A DNA stretch of 64,000 bases, taken from positions 200,074,001 through 200,138,000 of the forward strand of contig OZ024743.1 of NCBI GenBank assembly GCA_964016885.1, written 5' to 3'. This document shows, piece by piece, positions 29,038 through 44,399 of this stretch. Below the pieces are notes generated by a model. It was given only the letters and a program-made list of their open reading frames with translations. It ran no database searches and was not told the DNA's origin. This DNA comes from Eledone cirrhosa (Eukaryota). Made by a program: the position numbers and the translations under genes. Every line of letters begins with the position of its first letter. The stretch's first letter is position 1.

Positions 29038-31997
29038 ATGTCAGGGGCCTGGTGAAACTCAGCAACATGAGTAAAATTTCCTACCTGGGAGACTTAGCCA
29101 TAAGCAATCAAGCACTATGCATGGCACTAACCGAAACGCACCTGACAAGCAGTATAGCAGATGCAGAAATACATATACCGAAATATACTGTATTTCGTTC
29201 GGACAGGAAGGAGAGAACTCATGGTGGGGTTGCTCTGTATATCCGTGAAGATGTCACACCAATTGTACTGTTGACACATTCAAACTCAGTCTGTGACACA
29301 CTGATAATACATATGAAGCAACTACAGACGGTAATATGTGTCACATATCGGCCGCCCGATGCCCCCAGTCATGAGGGTAAATTTGAGGATAGCCTAAGTA
29401 GGATAGAAGAGGTCCTTGACAAACTGGACCAGAGTCTCAACATCCTACTGCTGGGAGACTTCAACCTACCAAAGGTCAAATGGCTTGAGGGCCACCTCCT
29501 CCCTGGAATGACGTCAATAGAACAGAGACAGACGGAATCCCTGCTGGCCCTCACACACAGGCTGTTCATGGAGCAAGCAATACTCCTCCCAACAAGAGGC
29601 GAAAATGTCCTGGACCTCTGTTTTACAAACAACGAAGTGCTCATCCACAATGTAAAGGTGACACCAACAATTCTCTCGGATCATAACTTAGTAGAGCTAA
29701 TGATATGTGGTCCAAGAGAACCAACAGAGACAAAACCACCAAGAAGCTCCGGGACGATATCCAACCTTAACTTCTACAAGGCTAACTGGAAAAAGATTAA
29801 GAGTGAAATCCGGAAGCAAACATGGAGTGAAAACATCGCCACACAAGACACTAACACACAATTTCAACACTTCATGACAACGATACACACCATATGCAAA
29901 AAGTGTGTCCCGGAGAAAGAGGCAAACAGACACAAAAATCTTATTCCCAGAGATAGGAAAATCTTTATGAGACGTAGAACTAAACTCTCAAACCAGTTGA
30001 ATAGTCAACAAAACCAAAACAAGAAGGAATCCTCTTTGAAACGTGCACTACTTGACACCGAGATTGCACTCAAACTTTCACATGAGAATGAGAGGGCAAA
30101 GAAAGAGAACAGGGCCATAGAAAACATTAAAACAAACCCTAAGGCCTTCTTTAAATTTGCAAAAGAAACTGCCTCAGTACACTGCAAGATTGGACCACTC
30201 TTCCACACGGACGGTTCATTAACCGAAAATCCCCAAGAGATATGTGAAATACTGAACGAACAGTACAAAAGTGTCTTCACATGTCCACTGAGGCACATGC
30301 AAATGACGAAGCCAGAGGAGTTCTTTGATGCCACAATACTACATCAAGAAATGGCAACCATCAACCACATAGACATAACGGAGGAGGATGTGGTGTACGC
30401 CATTGATGAAATTAGAACAGACTCGGCTGCTGGACCTGATGGATTCCCAGCAGTTCTCCTAAAAATATGTAAGCGGGCCTTAGCAACTCCACTGAAGATG
30501 CTCTTCAGAAGCTCTTTGGCTAGCGGTGTACTACCCAGGGAGCTGAAAGAAGGCACAATATGCCCTATCCATAAAGGAGGTAGTAGAGCGGAGGCCAAGA
30601 ACTATAGGCCAGTCTCCCTGACGTCGCATATCAGTAAGGTCATGGAGCGAGTCGTCAGAAAGAAACTAATCACTTTCCTCGAAGAAAATGACCGCCTGAC
30701 TAGCACGCAACATGGCTTCCGCCCAGGAAGAAGCTGCCTTACACAGCTGCTACATCACTACGACTGGGTACTGAGACAACTACTAGACAGCTCACATGTA
30801 GACGTGATATATCTGGACTTTGCGAAGGCCTTTGACAAGGTCGACCACGGAATGATATGTCACAAACTACACGGACTCGGCATAACTGGAAAAGTAGGTG
30901 AGTGGCTGCATGGCTTCCTAAGGGACAGAAGCCAGGCAGTCGCAGCAAATGGGGCCCTCTCGAGGGAAACACCGATAACAAGTGTGGTGCCCCAGGGGAC
31001 AGTCCTGGGACCACTACTGTTTTTGGTGGCTCTCTCGGACATGCCCTCTGTGGTGCATGCAACAACATCCCTCACTAGCTATGCTGATGACACTAAGGTA
31101 GCACAGGCAATCAAAAACCCGGCTGACGCTGCCCTCTTACAGCAGGATCTGGATGCCATATACAGATGGGCGGAAGAAAACAACATGCAGTTTAATGCTG
31201 GCAAATTCGAAGCCCTACAATACAAACCTGCAAACACAAACACAAATATAGCGGAACAGAGCTACACAGGACCAGGAGGGACCGATATCCCCGTGTCAAA
31301 ATCGATACGAGACCTGGGCATAGACATGAGCGATGATGCATCTTTTTCTTCACACATCATGAAGGTGGCGACAGCATGTAGACGATTCGCTGGCTGGATC
31401 TTGAGGACTTTCCTTACAAGAGATCGAGACACCATGTTGACACTGTGGAGGACTTTTGTCCTAAGCCGCCTGGACTACTGCTCCCAGCTGTGGTCACCCC
31501 ATAGTGTCAAACTAACCACGGAGCTTGAGGCAATCCAGCGAAGCTACACCAAGAGGATTGCCAAGATGAGGGAGACAAGCTACTGGGAGAGGCTAAAGGA
31601 ACTGAACCTCTACTCCTTGGAGCGAAGACGGGAGAGATACGCAGTGATCTACATGTGGAAAATCCTGGAGGGACTAGCACCAAACTTTGGCATTGGGAGC
31701 TGGACCAACCGTCGAACAGGACGTCACTGTGTGGTGCCAAAGGTCCCGTCTTCCACATCTAGAATAAGGAGCAGGTATTGCAATAGCCTGGGATTCAAGG
31801 GCCCTCAACTCTTCAACAGGCTGCCGAGGCATCTGCGAGACTTGCATGACGTGGAGGTGGATGTCTTTAAGAAACATCTCGACACCTTGTTATCCAGGAT
31901 CCCGGATGAGCCCACAGCAATACACGAGGGAAACCTAAGGGCAGCAGCAACTAACTCCCTCCTACACCAGTGGCCAACCTATACAGGCTGGAGATAA
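28956..31997 (+). CDS. CR1-clade LINE ORF2 (apurinic-like endonuclease plus reverse transcriptase), uninterrupted
   Basis: [47 protein letters not shown] and YADD motifs; short 3'UTR ending (gtaaaaga)2 at about 32073. Confidence 0.96.
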
Positions 31998-32074
31998 AAT
32001 GTGTAGCAACAAGGGCGGTGCCCCAGCATGGCCTCAGACGGATGGCTGAAACAGGTAAAAGAGTAAAAGAGTAT

Positions 32075-32118
32075 ATAATATATATATATATAAATTATAT
32101 ATATATATATACATATAT

Positions 32119-32191
<73 letters not shown>

Positions 32192-32389
32192 ATATATATA
32201 TTATATATATATATATATATAAATTTATATATATATATATATACAATATATATATATAAATTATATATATATATAATATATAATATATATATATATAAAT
32301 TATATATATATATAATATATATATATATATTATATATATATATATATATATAATATATATATATATATAAATTATATATATATATAATA

Positions 32390-32430
<41 letters not shown>

Positions 32431-32444
32431 GTATATATATAAAT

Positions 32445-32475
<31 letters not shown>

Positions 32476-32548
32476 TATATATAAATTATATATATATATA
32501 ATATATATATTATATATATATATATATATAATATGTATATATATAAAT

Positions 32549-32579
<31 letters not shown>

Positions 32580-32658
32580 TATCTATAAATTATATATATA
32601 TATATAAATAATATATATATATATATAAATTATATATATATATATAATATATATATAT

Positions 32659-32697
<39 letters not shown>
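32075..32697. repeat. (TA)n tract with TAA/TAAAT interruptions
   Basis: Direct reading of the sequence. Confidence 0.97.
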
Positions 32698-33244
32698 TTT
32701 GTCGATCGACTTTCGTCAAATCGGAGCGAGGAAACAATATTTCCGTTGGTCTTTCCTATTGCTAATAGTATCTATCGGTCGCAACTTCAAGTAGGAGGAG
32801 GAACGTGAAATAAAGTGTCTTGCTCAAGGACGTAACACTTCGAGCAAGATACTTTATATATATATATTTGATTATCTTATCTTAACATCTTGTCCTCATA
32901 CCAATCTATCCAACATATTTCTGACCTTGAGATTGGTTATAGCACACACACTTTATCCTACATTATTTTTCACTTACGGGGTCGATAAAATAAAGTACCA
33001 GTAATGCACTGGGTCATTGCTGGCCTTGTGCCAAACGTAGAAACAATTATTTTTCACTTCTCCATATTCATTTTCATTACTTTTTCACCAATTTTTCATT
33101 TATTCTTTATTCTTTATTCTTTATTCTTTATTCTCTATTTATTTATTTATTTATTTTCAAATTATACAAATTATATTAATTATTTTATTATATTATTTAT
33201 TTATTTTCTGTTTTCTTCATTTATTGCCTTTTATTTCTTCATAT

Positions 33245-34010
33245 AGATGGAAGACCCCCCTCCCGCCCCCACCACCAACACCACTATCAGAGATGGTGGC
33301 AGGAGGGATGAAGAAAAAACACACACTGGATACTTCTAAATTGTTAGCAGCAGCAAGATATAAGCTGACCACAACACCAACAACACTACCAAAATAATGG
33401 TAGAGGTCAAATGTACTGAACAATAGCAAGCAAAAACACTACAGGGAGCCTCACCCCAGAAAGAATTCTATAGACTTCTGACTGAGGAATGCTCTCAGAA
33501 CTGACCAATGGGAAGTTTGACACTTTTTTTGTTATTTTGTTCCTTTAACACCTTGTCCCTTCTACCATTTTATCAATTTTTTAAGCTAACTCCAACAATA
33601 ACAACACTTAGAATGAGGAATGTTCTAATAACTGACAAATGAGAGGAGAAGAGGACCTTTGACACTGAAATTCGTTTGTTTGAATTCATATGATTCCAGT
33701 TCTTCAGTGAAATAACAACCCAACAAGGAACTGGGCATATCAGAGTATTGACAATATTATACACCTCAACAACATATGTACTTGTCTATACCATACTAAT
33801 TCAAACTGCCTGAAGAGGTCACAGCCAAAGATGGCTGTCACTGAAATATATATAGCAGTAATAAACGAAGCTACATTTTAATCATTTGACTTTTATTTAA
33901 CTTTATTTTACACTACTCCGGAGTAACCAAACCAAACTGCGCACTTCGTCGAGTGCTCCAGCCTGCATACTGAGGTGTTGGTATACAACCAACATAAACT
34001 CAAAATCTAT
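33245..34010 (+). mobile_element. Longer non-inverted family D element, hammerhead at 33805-33859
   Basis: 33700-34010 is homologous to 18749-19093. The 5' boundary is approximate. Confidence 0.8.
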
Positions 34011-34154
34011 CTATATATATATATATATAATTGGTGTTGGATGCTTAAAGCGTCCGTATGCGGTAGGTCGTATAAGCACTAGATGCCCTCGTAGAGTAGA
34101 GTATGATATCACAGAAAAAAAAAGAATCAGTGTTGCGACGGAAGGAATTTATTG

Positions 34155-34250
34155 GACATATTATAATGTTTTCTCTGGCGACCAGCTCGAGGCACGATCG
34201 ATATGATGATCGAGCCTGACCCTGAAAATCGCAAGGTCATCAGATACGTC
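34155..34250 (-). ncRNA. Degenerate hammerhead with long stem II (family F, related to 54912-54994)
   Basis: Minus strand reads gacgtat CTGATGA...GAAA acatta TA atatgtc, with a 7-bp stem I. Confidence 0.6.
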
Positions 34251-34274
34251 TTGATTCTACGAAGCAGATTTTCC

Positions 34275-34372
<98 letters not shown>

Positions 34373-34934
34373 CGTGCATACATAGAGGAGTAGATTTAGA
34401 GAATGGGGCGCCCAGAACACTTCAGGTTTGAGGCGGGAGGGGGGCTCTCATACACAAAAATACTTGCATTCAGAGCTAACCCCCAATTTTACATATCAAA
34501 GTCAGCTTGGCACAAGTAATTGGAATTTAAAAGTTATACATACAGTTATACATATAATTTTAAAAAATCTAACCTCCTAAAACTACATGCCCAAAAGAAA
34601 GCACAAATAAATAGCTACGGCCATCACTGGAGGGAACCCACTACAGGATCTTTTCTCACACGCCTTTCCCCCCAGTCCCGAGTCAGATTTCACTCAATGG
34701 AACCAAGGAATCCTCAGCTAGGTGCTGCTCTTCGGCGGTAATTACCTCCGCGTACAGGGCTCCGACCGTTTCGACAGCTAGATCCGAACTAACCCAGCAG
34801 TATGAGGACGGCAGGGACCTAGCTGAACTTATCAAGAGGTACAGTCCATATATAGGCATGCAGTGAAAATAAAAAAAAGCAGAAGTATCAAATCAAACAA
34901 TCCTAAGAATTTGTCGTTTTTCTTGCCTTTCACA

Positions 34935-35225
34935 GTAAACGGCCGGAGCTCAGCCGTCGGTGTCCTGACTATTTTCCTATTACTCACTCTACTACCCTAA
35001 GTATCGAGAACTCTGGTGCGTTATATTTAGGAAAATGTATGACTCCGACGGCAGAACTGAAGCCGTTTCGACGGCTATTTCTAGACTGCGTCCAGAAATA
35101 GCCGTCGAAACGGCTTCAGCTCTGCCGTCGGGGTCATACATCTTCCTATTACCCACTCTACTACCCTAAGTATTGAGTACTCTGGTACGTTATGGTCCAT
35201 CCGGTTCCTTACCACACCTCCTTCG

Positions 35226-35228
<3 letters not shown>
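34935..35228 (+). mobile_element. Family G fragment (34935-35025) followed by a family G fold-back (palindrome 35028-35148 plus tail)
   Basis: Inverted arms around tagac-tgc-gtcca; tail fused to (TA)n. Confidence 0.85.
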
Positions 35229-36073
<845 letters not shown>

Positions 36074-36077
36074 GTGT

Positions 36078-36143
<66 letters not shown>

Positions 36144-36755
36144 GAGGGTGTGGATGTGTGTGGATGTATGTGTGTATAGATTGATGGATGTGAAACAATG
36201 TTCCATTTTGATCGTATGATGATGAAACTATCTGATTACATATCAGCTTGGTCTATTTAAATCGTAATCGTTTCCTCGAGATACAAAAGGATGAGTATAG
36301 TAAATGTGAGAAACTTGGCTCTTGTTCACCGGAAGAATCTGATAATCTGCTCAATCCAAAACGTCTCTATCCTAAAAGAGACTGTCAGAATTGCGACAAG
36401 ACTAATGGTTAATACGTTACCGCAACAGATGTAAGATGGCCGACTCATAAATCAATTCATTTAGCTTAAACAAAATATCCTGAGAAAGAAGGCGAAAAAT
36501 ATTTCTTTTTGTGTGTGTTGTGTTTATATATATACATAAACACAAAGAGAAAGAGCGAGAGAGAGGGGGGGGGGTAAGGAGAGAGCGAGAGGATATAAGT
36601 TTGGCCCCATAAAAAAAGAGTGCGAGAGATACAGAAAGTAATAAACCAAAATATTAAAGAAGGTAAAGTTGTAGGTGAGACAACCATTAAATAAAGAAAG
36701 ATAAAATGAAATGACAGACTGTTATTTACAAAGGAAATGAAAAATAGCAAACGAA

Positions 36756-36870
<115 letters not shown>

Positions 36871-36993
36871 CACACACACAGTTAGACACACGTATGTATA
36901 TATACAAATATATATATATATATATATATATATTAAGCTCTGTTACCTACATAGAGCACTCTTTTTTCCTGGACTTTTCCGACGGAATTACTT

Positions 36994-37037
<44 letters not shown>

Positions 37038-37081
37038 TGAAAAGTATAGAAATTATTGTAGCTCGAAGCCAACAGTATTCC

Positions 37082-37134
<53 letters not shown>

Positions 37135-37138
<4 letters not shown>

Positions 37139-37380
37139 AAAAAAGATGAAATCGAAAATGCAACTGGAGTCTTTTTAAAAAAATATATATATTTATTTGG
37201 TTCCTTTACCGTTTTCGTAGTTCTTCTGCAGAAGAACTGCGAAACCGGTAAAGGAACCAAATAAATATATATAAAAAAAAAAAAAGAATCCAGTTGCATT
37301 TTCGATTTCATCTTTTTTCCTTCTACTTTCACTCATGTAGCACACCTCGGTTAATTTTCATTTTGTAAAAAAACCCTCAC

Positions 37381-37388
<8 letters not shown>
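37135..37388 (+). mobile_element. Fold-back element, family H, centred on ttctgcagaa (about 37228), plus tail
   Basis: About 90-bp arms; gcag-aagaa-ctgc GAAA ccgg TA aagg is a hammerhead lacking its 5' core. Confidence 0.82.
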
Positions 37389-37410
<22 letters not shown>

Positions 37411-37411
<1 letters not shown>

Positions 37412-37593
37412 ACGAAGGAAGTGTGATAAGGAGCCAGGTGGACCATAACACACCAGAGTACTCAATGTTTAGGGTAGTAGAGTGGGTAATAGGAAAATGT
37501 TCAAGACCCCGACGGGAGAGCTCAAGCCGTTTTGACGGCTATTTCTGGATTCTCTGAGTCGAGAAATAGCCGTCAAAACGGGGTCTTGAACAT
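37411..37593 (-). mobile_element. Family G fold-back copy
   Basis: Homologous to 5721-5897; the short arm is internally deleted. Confidence 0.8.
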
Positions 37594-37597
37594 TATA

Positions 37598-37640
<43 letters not shown>

Positions 37641-37703
37641 ATATGTATATATATGTATATATGTATATATATGTATATATGTATATATATATGTATATAT
37701 ATA

Positions 37704-37771
<68 letters not shown>

Positions 37772-38379
37772 CACACAGTTCAAGAGTAACCAATCTTAAA
37801 GAGATGGAGATAGGAGAGGAGTTATGAGAGGGGAGATTGGTGAATTAGGTAGAGAGCAGCTAGCTGGCTGGGTTCATGCAGAAGTTAGGCACGCAGAGCT
37901 GGAAATATTCATTAGTTAAGCAAAACAAGACCACAAATTTCACAAGGAAGACATTATTAAAAGATTGTCAACATATTTTAGTTTGATGTAAGGAATGTAG
38001 AGAATAATAATAATAATATTAATAATAATAATGTCCATTTACAATTGTTTCACTACTCCATATAATATTTCTGTATCAGATGACTATATATCATTATTGA
38101 TCTGGTTCAGTTGAAAATAATTAACATATTTAAAAAAACAGAGCGGCTCATCGGAACTTCAAAGGAATATAAATTAAAATAATGAGAGAATGTTACATAA
38201 TATAATGTTCCATATATTGGTTTTTTACTATGGTGTCTTGGTTGCATCAGTTGTCAGCCATAATCAAGCAGTATTCATCTGTCGAGGCTGCATTGTGTGA
38301 GATCTGCCTATGGGTAACAAGATGGCTGCCAAAGGACATAGTTACCTTACTAATTAGAGGGTGGTTTCAGGGAAAGTAA

Positions 38380-40833
38380 CTCCTCGAGAGATTAGAAATT
38401 GTGGGTAGTTTATAGTTAAGTGCTAATTTTTAACTTTTTTAATTGAGAGACAATGTAGGGGAGGTAACTTATAATTATCTAAGTTAGTCATAGCTATTTA
38501 ACTTATTAGCTACAAGTAAAAATGGGGCTAGATGACTAAGTTGGGTCAAATATTCTATTGGCGAAGGAATTAGCCCTTCGATGTTGACAGCTAATAGTTA
38601 CCTCCGTTCTATCGTTAATCGGTAGAGGTCGTGATAGAGTTATGTAATATGCTTCTGTAATACAGAGATCACAAGATTTTCTTCGTCCATTGAACGGTTG
38701 GGCCCTAGCCACGATATCCCATTTTAGGGAGTGTTGAACGTTGCTTAATTTAAGGTTTTTAATGAGCCTAGCTAGCGATGTCGAACATCTGTTGCTAGGG
38801 TCTCGGAAGGAAAAAGAGTGCGCGTTATAGCGTACCTTAAAAGGGTTAGAGGTAGACCCGATATAAGAGCTGGTATTCGAAGCAGTTTTAACCGTGCACC
38901 TATAGACTATGTTGGGTGTCAGGCAGTGTCCATTTAATGGGCATGCATTAGGGTACCGGCAGTTGCAGTTGCTTCTGCGCTTTGTGAGAGTAGGGTAGTT
39001 TAACCTAAGCGGTTGGTCAGTGCTAGAAGGATTAGATGGGGGAGGTGTGTTACTAGAGTAATTATTGGTGTAGTGGCGTGGTGTATTTGATAGGGGTGGT
39101 GGTACCGCGGTGTGGGAGTTATACTGTCTTAGTTTATGATGGTTACTGAATGCGATGTGGCTAGCTAGGTTAGGTGTTGTGGTTAATGAGATTTTAATAT
39201 TATTTTTATTAAAGAGTTTGTAATATCTATGGTTGTGGGGGGGTTAGATAGGATAGAGAAGAAGCGTTTAGGGATATTAGTGGCTAGATTAGATGAGAAT
39301 GGGGGGTTAAGCCAGGTGATATCTCTAGGTCTATTCCTTCTAGGGGTTCTAGTGGAGTTGGTAGGGGCCTTCCTAGGGTTATTATTACCTGGGGATTTGT
39401 TATTTGTCATCCCATTTCTCATTCCTATTCTTGGGTTGATTTTTAGTTTGCTACTTGGAGTGGGGAGCAGGCCGCTGCCACCATTAAAATTCCCTGTATA
39501 GGTGCTGTTACTGCTAAAATTCCGGCGAATCTGGCTATATGCTAAGGTATTTTTAGTTCTAGTGTTAAGTTTATTATGGTGAATTGCTGTGTTATGGCAT
39601 TTAGGTATGTAATAAATTGATTGTTAATAACCAGATTCAGAAAGAGCCTTATTATAATATTGTGCATGGTTTATAAATATCTTCTCATTTGCTGATAGCA
39701 TGGAGATCCTATACGAGATAGATTTGATTACTGCTCTGATGACTGCCCGTGAGTGGTTAGAGTGTGGGCTAATATATGTGAGTATTTCACCTGGTTTATG
39801 GTAAGGGTAATATAGGTTATTATTGATATCCAGGGTGACGTCTAGGAAGTTTACTACTTTATGGTTCGGCTCGATGGTGATAGAGAGACAGTTATTTTTA
39901 AAGAATCCGTTATTTTTATAGAGACCGTTATTTTTAAAGAATCTATGTAATTGTTTTTTAGCAAATCAATGCCCCGATTAGTGCAATTGTGGACTGCAAA
40001 TAGGGCGTCGTCCCTGTATATTCCGCCTTGGATTTCGGCTCTGATGTTGTGTAATAGGTAAATTCCAACTAAATCGGTGATTTGCGCAGAGTCACTTGAG
40101 CCCATCGTGATGTCAACGTTGTCTGTTCTATCTTTTCTAGTCCAGAGTGCTCCGTTGAATTCAATGATAGTCTGCCTAGTCATAAGTATGATGTTAATCT
40201 CATTATTGGTTATGTCCGAGTTGGTGCTGGCTAGGGTTAATGCTTTGTTAAGCATTTCCGGGGTTATTGACGCGTAATAGCTGTCGATGTCAAATTGGAT
40301 GAACCTCATAGATTGCTTGGACATTAGATCGGAGAACCATCTAATGACTTGGCCGGTGTTGGACCACAACTTGTAGGTGATATCATCCCGTAGCCCAGGG
40401 ATTATCCTATCAAGGATGTTCTTACTGATACGGCCCAGGTCGGATGTGGTTGGGCTTATACGTCTAATAGATGGGTTCTCTATAAAGTTTAGCTTATGAT
40501 CCTTGAGAGAGAACCTTGGGGTTGTTGGTACATAAGGGTGGGTAAATCTATCCAGATGCAAGTCCTTAACCAAAACCTGGGCTTTTCGGTTAAGTACGTT
40601 TACACTGGAGGGTATAGTTTTTTTATACTTTTTATTGAGTTCTTTAAGAAGGAAAGAGTTGTAAGTTTCAGGAGTCATGGTGTATAGATTTTTAGTTTTG
40701 TCAGATATAACATGTAAGAGGTGGCTATCTTTAAATTTTGTTATAGTTGTTGCTAATTTAGTGAGGAAATTATTCTTGTGTCTATAATGCTTTTTGAATT
40801 TAATGTACCTGACGAAGTTGAATATTTTGAAAT
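38380..40833 (-). mobile_element. Disrupted Penelope-like element (Neptune-like: RT, Cys-rich linker, GIY-YIG)
   Basis: FDIDSYY, TMGSSDSAQITDLVG and YRDD; CPLNGHCL..NIVY...YIGST near 38800-38950; CDLCITE. The 3' boundary is approximate. Confidence 0.88.
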
Positions 40834-40847
40834 AATATATATATATA

Positions 40848-42720
40848 TGATGGAACGCGTCCAATCCACCGACCTACACTGCTTCGGGCTCACCACCACT
40901 GACATCCACCAACTCCTATCCATCGTCGTCGACAACACCTACTTCGGATTCCTTGACCAAACATATCAACAAACCTCGGGATTGCCCATGGGATCAAGCC
41001 TGTCGGGTGTGCTAGCGATTTCTTACATGGACAACCTCGAGCGCAAGGCACTCAACGCCTTCCACTCCAACGCCGTCGCCTTTTTCTCAAGGTACGTGGA
41101 CGATATCCTCATCCTCACATCTTCCCAAGACACGGCGAACAGAATCTATGAGACGTTCAACAACACGGACGAGAACATTGACTTCAGTGTTGAACACCCA
41201 ACGAAGACGGGTCACTTGCCCTCCTCGACTTCCGAATCAACATCACGGAACAGGGAAGGATCCACTGCAACTTCTACCGAAAGGCAGCCTGCAGGGACCT
41301 GTTCGTTCACTACAAGTCCGCCCTCCCTAACAGTGCCAAAAGAGGATACATCACGAACGAGATCGCGCGAATCAAAAACAGATGCAGCGATCCCGCGAGG
41401 GCTGTCACTCATACGAAGCGATTCCTCGAGGTGCTGGAGATTAGCGGGTACCCTACCTTGCTCACAGACAGAGTGGGAGACACCAGACACAAGAGACAGA
41501 GAAGCACCCAAGGCAAGGGCTTCCTTAAAATGCCACACCTGGGCGAGAATACGGTGGGAGGGCCTCGACATCCACCTGGCCCACTTGGGCCCCTCCCTGC
41601 GAAGATGTCTCTCCAGGAAACCCGGGAAATCAACTGACGCGTGCTCCCTCAGAGACTGCCCGATACACCATGCGAACTGTTGCCTACGCACATACGTCGT
41701 GTATAAGATAGAATGCAACAAGTGCAACCAATACTATATAGGTAGCACAATCCGACCTTTGCACATCCGGATCAAGGAACACACTAAAACCAGGGCCTCG
41801 TCTTTCCGGAAACACATAGACAAATGCGGAAACAAAGACGGAAGGCCCATTGTCACAATTCTAGCGACTGAAAGAAACGTTGGCACGTTACGTATCAAGG
41901 AAGCACTTTTTATCAAACGCCTAGAGCTGCAAATAAACAATCGATCCGAGAGAAGCGAAATGAGGTGGCTGGTTTAAGTTAACAAACGATGCAGCAACAC
42001 ACGCACACACACACACAAGTGAGAAAACAACACACGCACACACACACACACACAGTAGCATTCCACCATACGAACATACTACACTGCCAATACAGAGGAA
42101 CAAGGCAACAACACACGCACACACACACACACTCAAGCGAGACAACAACACACGCACACACACACACAGTAATATTTAACAAACAGGCAAAGGATGGACT
42201 GACAGCTAGCGCCACCCCACTCCCACAATTGAAAGAACTACTTCGGCCGCTGACCTATGCCCGACCGACCCCATTTCACGCGCACGCGCGCTCTGCTGAA
42301 TACCTCAGATATTCAAAACAACGAACAGCGGAGGACGCGTTTCGCACCTTTCCGACAGACAACCTTTCCCCCACCCCTGAAAAAACCTCCAGTTGTTGGA
42401 TGTGAATCCGAATTATATAGGGACAATTAAATCTCTCCCAAGGTAACTCTCTCTCGTGTTGTTATTTTATTTTATCTTTTATGCTCTTTCCTTCATTCCT
42501 CTACACGTCCTATACACGCCACGCATCTCAACGTACACCCACTTACATCTCTCTCTCCGCCACCGGATCTTGTTACCCGGAGATTTACCCATTTGTGTTG
42601 AAAATTGCAAACTCGACTGTCACCACATATCATGAACCTGAAGATTGCGAAAGCATGAAAGTACTTGTTCAATTAACACTTAGAATTTAATATTCTATCA
42701 TACTATTTCATTATAATACC
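40848..42720 (+). mobile_element. 5'-truncated Penelope/Poseidon-type element with long 3'UTR
   Basis: QQTSGLPMGS and RYVDD; VVYKIEC..C...YIGST.R.L..RIKEH; two compensating frameshifts near 41219 and 41560. Confidence 0.92.
42633..42671 (+). ncRNA. Minimal type I hammerhead at the 3' end of the PLE
   Basis: tgaac CTGAAGA t-tgc-gaaa-gca-t GAAA gtac TT gttca. Confidence 0.85.
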
Positions 42721-42867
42721 ATTATATATATTTTAAAGGATTGTAAATAAAACGAGTAAATCAGACAAAGTTGGAATTCCTCTTATTAATATAATCTTCT
42801 ATACACAATCATACACACCCGTGTATATTTACCTATCTATATCTATATATATATATATATATATATA

Positions 42868-43315
42868 TGCATGCTACTGTACGTCTGTATACATATATGT
42901 ATGTACGTATACATACATACTTACATTTAAGTAAGTGCCATACTAAGAGTGAGAAATGAAATTTCGTTTTCATTTTTTTTCAACTTATCCTTTTCGGTAT
43001 GCCTGACCGATTTAACTCACTCAATATGCAAATTAGGCTGCTCAGCCGTTAATTTTCATAAGGAAAGTATATACTTTCGAACGTTCAACTATCTGGCAGA
43101 TGGGTAAACGGTGCTGATGATAGCTAACAAGCTTGAAACTAGTACATCGTTCCTGTGTCAGTGTTGAACAAAAAGGTGACGTGGTTGCCTTAACACCGTA
43201 TGGCATAAATTCAGGCTGTTCAGTTGGTTTACAAACGAAAAAAGCGGCGTTATAATAAGCGTCCGCTAAACTGATGCGTGCATATATGTATGTGTACCTG
43301 TATGTATATATGTAA

Positions 43316-43394
<79 letters not shown>

Positions 43395-43450
43395 TGCTAC
43401 TGTACGTCTGTATACATATATGTATGTACGTATACATACATACTTACATT

Positions 43451-43452
<2 letters not shown>
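42868..43452 (+). mobile_element. Family C retrozyme-like copy in a different permutation, hammerhead at 43109-43149
   Basis: Terminal direct repeat of about 60 bp; stem I cggtg/catcg versus cgttg/cagcg at 16071. Confidence 0.85.
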
Positions 43453-43487
<35 letters not shown>

Positions 43488-43516
43488 GTATATATATATA
43501 TGTATATATATATATG

Positions 43517-43583
<67 letters not shown>

Positions 43584-43640
43584 GTATATGTATATATTTA
43601 TACATATATATGTATATATATATATATGTATATATATATG

Positions 43641-43678
<38 letters not shown>

Positions 43679-43692
43679 TGTATATATATATG

Positions 43693-43729
<37 letters not shown>

Positions 43730-43921
43730 GTATATATATATATGTGTGTGTGTTGTGAGAAAGACAGAGTGAGGGAGAGGGAGACCATTTACAGATTATA
43801 GTTAAAATGACAAGAATAAAAGAGAAACAAATGTGATCAATTTAAGCTCATCTTTAGGAATTTGATTCAGATCAACTGCCTCCATAAACACACATATCTA
43901 AACATGAACTGTCATCATTTC

Positions 43922-44111
43922 TCTGGTGGATTGGCACTATCGGTAGAGGGTCGGACGCCATGCTTTGCACCATAGAGTTACGGCCCTTGCCATTCTGAGT
44001 TCAAATCCCACCGAGGTTAACTTTGCCTTTCATCCTTACGGGGTCGATAAAATAAAGTACCACTAATACACTGGGTAATTGCTGGCCTTGTGCCAAAAGG
44101 AGAAACAATTA
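43922..44111 (+). mobile_element. tRNA-derived SINE
   Basis: Same family as 13926-14111. Confidence 0.9.
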
Positions 44112-44113
44112 TT

Positions 44114-44174
<61 letters not shown>

Positions 44175-44259
44175 TCTCTCATCGCTGTCTTTTCTTTCTC
44201 TCTAATAGTGCGTATGAATATGTATACACACACACACACATATAAACACACACAAACAC

Positions 44260-44303
<44 letters not shown>

Positions 44304-44399
44304 AACACACATGTATATGTATATATATATATATATATTTGCAGATGCAGTGACATTTTTTTTTAAATGACCACATATTTATTTTTATCGACATTGTTC

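Noticed and set aside
29000-29045. Slippery heptamer or TGA-ATG coupling between ORF1 and ORF2
   Set aside because: CCCAAAA is not in the X XXY YYZ phase of ORF1, and the ATG after the stop is in the ORF1 frame and closes after five codons.
40778-41977. Apparently intact 399-aa ORF
   Set aside because: The middle Ser/Thr-rich part is out of frame between two compensating frameshifts, and the N-terminus crosses into the neighbouring element.
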